Below are positions 31,331 to 32,439 of a DNA stretch of 32,439 bases, piece after piece (positions within the stretch are counted from its first letter, which is position 1; each line of letters opens with the position of its first letter). The stretch lies in the NCBI RefSeq assembly GCF_001194135.2, contig NC_069004.1, positions 2,246,756 through 2,279,194 on the forward strand, given 5' to 3'. This DNA is from Octopus bimaculoides. Taxonomy: Eukaryota. The notes below the pieces were generated by a model, which worked only from the letters and a program-made list of their open reading frames with translations, was not told the origin of the DNA and made no database searches. The position numbers and the translations under genes were made by a program.

Positions 31331-31906
31331 ATGGCTGTACGCGGCCGACCTAAGGCCCCCGTCAGAATTGTGGAGCTCGTAATGGATGATCAACAACTCA
31401 GTGAAAGGGATTATCTACTACGGGATATTTACTGCATAACTCGTGATATTGAATCTACAATTGAGTTTGTTGCATCATTGGGATTAATTCACAATTCCGC
31501 GGTTTGCTGCAATCAGCCGATGCATTTCGTAATCCGGCAGAATTTCTCAGACGGAAAAGCTTGGAGTTGTTGTGTGTGCAAGAGATATCGAAGTATCAGG
31601 CGCGATTCTTTCTTTTCCGGTTCTTGTGTGCCATTGCCTCGTCTGGTTGAACTTATGTATTGGTGGGTAGAGATCGATTGTAAGCAATCTGTCATCAGGA
31701 GACAGGTTGGCATTGGTACCGAAGCAATAGTCAACTGGTTCAAGTACTTCAAGGCTATTTGTTCTATGTGGTGTTACGACCATCGGACCGTGGAAGATGG
31801 AGCTGTCTTGGAGATAAACGAGGAATATACATGGCGTCAGTTTCACAGACAAAGCTTATTCGTGTCTTTCATGAGATGCATAAGGGATTACTACCCTATG
31901 CAATAA
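31331..31906 (+). CDS. Merlin (IS1595/ISXO2-like) transposase-derived ORF, 191 aa, catalytic DDE core deleted in frame
   Basis: N-terminal GRPK, then CC..MH...DG..WSCCVCKRYRSIRRDSFFSGS..PL..LVELMYWW ... VNWFKYFKAICS (Merlin N-terminal region). VLEINE (degenerate VEIDE) joins directly to EYTWRQF....F..FMRCIRDYYP (Merlin C-terminal E-x-x-W-R...YP). No internal stops. Confidence 0.75.
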   Translation: MAVRGRPKAPVRIVELVMDDQQLSERDYLLRDIYCITRDIESTIEFVASLGLIHNSAVCCNQPMHFVIRQNFSDGKAWSCCVCKRYRSIRRDSFFSGSCVPLPRLVELMYWWVEIDCKQSVIRRQVGIGTEAIVNWFKYFKAICSMWCYDHRTVEDGAVLEINEEYTWRQFHRQSLFVSFMRCIRDYYPMQ

Positions 31907-31989
31907 CCATTCCATTTCAGTTTACTCTTCGGTGATGCAAACACGGAGATAGAACTCACAAAGATAAGAGCATGTATATATATATGTTC

Positions 31990-32300
31990 CAGTCATTGCA
32001 CTGCGGTCATGCTGGGGCACCACCTTGAAGGGTTGTAGTCGAACAAATCGAAAATCGACCCCGGTACGTTTTTTGTTTTTTTTCTTTTGGTTAAAAGCCT
32101 GGCAGTTATTCTGTCAGTCTCTTTTTTCCGAAACGCTAAGGTCGCGGGGGCGTGAACAAACCAACGCCGGTTAACCGGTGGTAGGGACAACCCCCCCCCC
32201 CCGCGCGCGCGCGTGATGGGCTTCTTTCAGTCTCCGCCTGCCAGATCTCACAAGGCTTTGTTCGGTCTCCCCACGGTTATAGTAGAACCAAGACAATACA
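31990..32300 (-). mobile_element. tRNA-derived SINE
   Basis: cactgcggtcatgctggggcaccaccttgaaggg..tcgacccc..aagcctgg...gggcttctttcagt..cacaaggcttt; same family as 13718. Confidence 0.7.
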
Positions 32301-32439
32301 TGTTGCAAGAAATACAGATCGATAGTTTGAAATACAAGATAAAAATTATTAACCATCGACTGCATTTTTTTTCTTCTGTTTTGTTTATTTTATTGCTGCT
32401 TGTTTAAAAGGCGGCGTGTCGGACTAAATGCTTAGCGGC

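Noticed and set aside
32140-32220. GC/CpG-rich patch resembling a CpG island
   Set aside because: Sits inside a minus-strand SINE at the position of its internal microsatellite

Overview
AT-rich, microsatellite-laden eukaryotic DNA with six N-gaps. The repeat landscape looks like an octopod cephalopod; this is inferred from the SINE/MITE families as I recall them, not verified. I reconstructed two spliced genes by hand. (1) A small + strand BCL10-like CARD gene has coding exons 2368-2647 and 3877-3998; its first exon is uncertain. (2) A large - strand CCDC87-like gene spans about 10069-29300+, with at least 24 GT-AG exons, nearly all phase-consistent, including a 13-nt microexon. Merlin (IS1595/ISXO2-like) transposase sequences sit near both ends of the window. 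One is a frameshifted relic at 1188-1735 (-). The other is an intact 191-aa ORF at 31331-31906 (+) that keeps the Zn-finger/DNA-binding half but has lost the DDE core through an in-frame deletion. It lies head-to-head with the CCDC87-like gene across an RFX X-box-like motif and is the best candidate for a domesticated, undescribed gene. Introns and intergenic DNA carry tRNA-derived SINEs, piggyBac- and mariner-like MITEs, an RLE-type (R4/Dong-like) LINE remnant in (TACA)n, RTE-like fragments and simple repeats. Most ORFs in the supplied track are microsatellite or N-gap artefacts. All family assignments come from motif recognition and recalled sequences, not database searches.
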